Shown piece by piece: positions 62,611-64,000 of a stretch of 64,000 bases of DNA. A program made the translations under genes and the position numbers. The stretch's first letter is position 1. Each line of letters begins with the position of its first letter. The notes under the pieces are model-generated. The model was not told the DNA's origin and did no database searches. It saw only the letters and a list, made by a program, of their open reading frames with translations. This DNA comes from an uncultured Actinomycetota bacterium (GTDB lineage Bacteria; Actinomycetota; Actinomycetes; Mycobacteriales; Mycobacteriaceae), in NCBI GenBank assembly GCA_963805675.1, contig CAWDVY010000035.1, positions 78,332-142,331 of the forward strand, in the 5' to 3' direction.

Positions 62611-64000
62611 TCACCGCAATCCCCGGGTGGCGCGGTGAGCGGCCAATGCGCCCGCCACGCCCAGCGTGGCAAACACCGCAAACAGCGCCCGGGCGGCCAC
62701 GACGTCACCGCCGTGCACGCTGTTGACCACGACACCGGCCAGCCCTGCACCGAAGGCTCCGGATATGAGCTCCACCGTGTTGATCGCCGCCGCGGCGGCC
62801 ACGCCTTCCCGCGCGTCGTCGACGCAGTGCATCGACCAGGCCGATAGATGCGGCCACCCCGCTCCGATGCCGATCCCGGTGATCGTCAGCGCCAGCGCCC
62901 ACGTCACGACAAAGCCCACCGGCGCGTTATCGACTTGGGTAGCAGCAGCCAATATCAGACCCCCGGCCATGACCAGCGGCGCAACCACGACCACGCGGTT
63001 GATGACAGGCCTGCTGTTCAGCGATGCGCTGAGGATTTCGCTGACGGTCCAACCGACCGCCAGCGCGGCGCCCAGAAACCCGGCTAACACGGGAACCAGA
63101 TGCGCCAAACGTTGCCCGAACAACGGCACATACATGTCGACCATCGCCGAGGCCATCAGCACCGCCATTGTCAGATAGATCCACTTCAGTGGTCCGACAC
63201 CAAAAGTGCTGGGGGGCAGTACTTTTACCGCCATCCGGCGATCGACGAGCACGAATGCGACGACCAGGGCCAGGCTGATCGCAAGCAACCCCGCCGTCGC
63301 CGCGACGTTTGTCGGAACCTGGGCGGCGCTGACCGTGAGCGCCGCAGCCCCGAGCAGCAGCAACGACCAGGCTGGCATTTTCAGCGTCGGCGCCGGGTCG
63401 CCGGGACCGGCACGACCGGCCGGCAGCACCAACGGGACCAGCACTGCCATCGCGGCGGTCAGTATCGCCATCGCACCGAACGCCCAGCGCCACAACCCGA
63501 ATTGGGCAAAAAGGCCGCCCGCCGCCGGCCCCGCCACCGTCGCGACACCCCACATGGCCGACACCAACGCCGAAGCCCTGGTCCACAGCGATCGCGGCAG
63601 CGCCGAGTTGATCAGCGCGTACCCCAGCCCGGCCAACAGGCCCCCGGCCGCCCCCTGCAGAGTGCGACCCACCAGCAAAACGTCCATGCTGGGCGCCACC
63701 GTGCAGACCACGCTGCCGATCCCGAACACCAACAATCCCAACAGATATGACCACCGTGGCCCGATCCGCAGCAGCGCCGCGTTGACCGTCGTGGCCGCGA
63801 CAACCGAACCCACGAGGTAAAGCGTGGTCACCCACGCAAAGAGCCGCTGGCCGCCGATGTCGGCGATCGCGCTCGGTAGCAGGCTGACCGTCAGGAACTC
63901 GTTGGTCGCGTACAGCGCCACTCCGCCGGCGAGCAGCGTCGCTGTCCCCAGGAACCTGGGACCCAACAGCGCGCGCCAGCCATCGATGGCTGGCGTGCCG
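62611..64000 (-). CDS. MFS transporter (Rv1634-like); 5' end lies beyond the window
   Basis: About 14 TM helices, GRTLQG motif; frame stays open to the right edge (GTPAIDGWRALLGPR). Confidence 0.9.
   Translation of the reverse strand, partial: GTPAIDGWRALLGPRFLGTATLLAGGVALYATNEFLTVSLLPSAIADIGGQRLFAWVTTLYLVGSVVAATTVNAALLRIGPRWSYLLGLLVFGIGSVVCTVAPSMDVLLVGRTLQGAAGGLLAGLGYALINSALPRSLWTRASALVSAMWGVATVAGPAAGGLFAQFGLWRWAFGAMAILTAAMAVLVPLVLPAGRAGPGDPAPTLKMPAWSLLLLGAAALTVSAAQVPTNVAATAGLLAISLALVVAFVLVDRRMAVKVLPPSTFGVGPLKWIYLTMAVLMASAMVDMYVPLFGQRLAHLVPVLAGFLGAALAVGWTVSEILSASLNSRPVINRVVVVAPLVMAGGLILAAATQVDNAPVGFVVTWALALTITGIGIGAGWPHLSAWSMHCVDDAREGVAAAAAINTVELISGAFGAGLAGVVVNSVHGGDVVAARALFAVFATLGVAGALAAHRATRGLR

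Noticed and set aside
63974-63995. Perfect 22-bp palindrome CGCCAGCCATCGATGGCTGGCG
   Set aside because: Lies inside the MFS coding frame at the window edge; context unavailable and no second copy seen.

Overview
A high-GC Mycobacterium chromosome segment, probably from a slow-growing lineage (it carries a PE/PPE-SVP pair). The backbone matches the M. tuberculosis Rv1634-Rv1696 gene order as I recall it, read mostly on the minus strand: recN-ppnK-tlyA, tyrS, an ABC efflux/TetR operon, an Rv1683-like acyl-CoA synthetase, ABC-F, argCJBDFRGH, pheST, rplT-rpmI-infC, lysX, uvrA, USP, a mannosyltransferase and an MFS transporter. No IS, phage, tRNA or CRISPR was seen. Accessory or unusual parts: (1) directly downstream of tyrS, a vestigial rRNA operon (promoter, leader with boxA, ~30 nt of 16S) fused to the 3' half of an LLM oxidoreductase gene; (2) a 13-18 kb island with three decayed pieces of a second, diverged argH/ABC-F locus, interleaved with a GjpA-like porin pseudogene, a TetR with a duplicated promoter, a DUF3052-like gene and a GarA paralog; (3) a 34-aa in-frame-deleted mini-PE ahead of a PPE-SHOCT gene; (4) a Pls/PosA-type NRPS plus M1 peptidase; (5) an extra amt-glnB pair whose Amt resembles the plant AMT2 type; (6) an atypical Hsp70 and an SDR-SnoaL-SDR cluster. 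About nine single-base indels in conserved genes, including essential tyrS, suggest sequencing errors in the assembly. All homology calls come from recalled motifs, not database searches.
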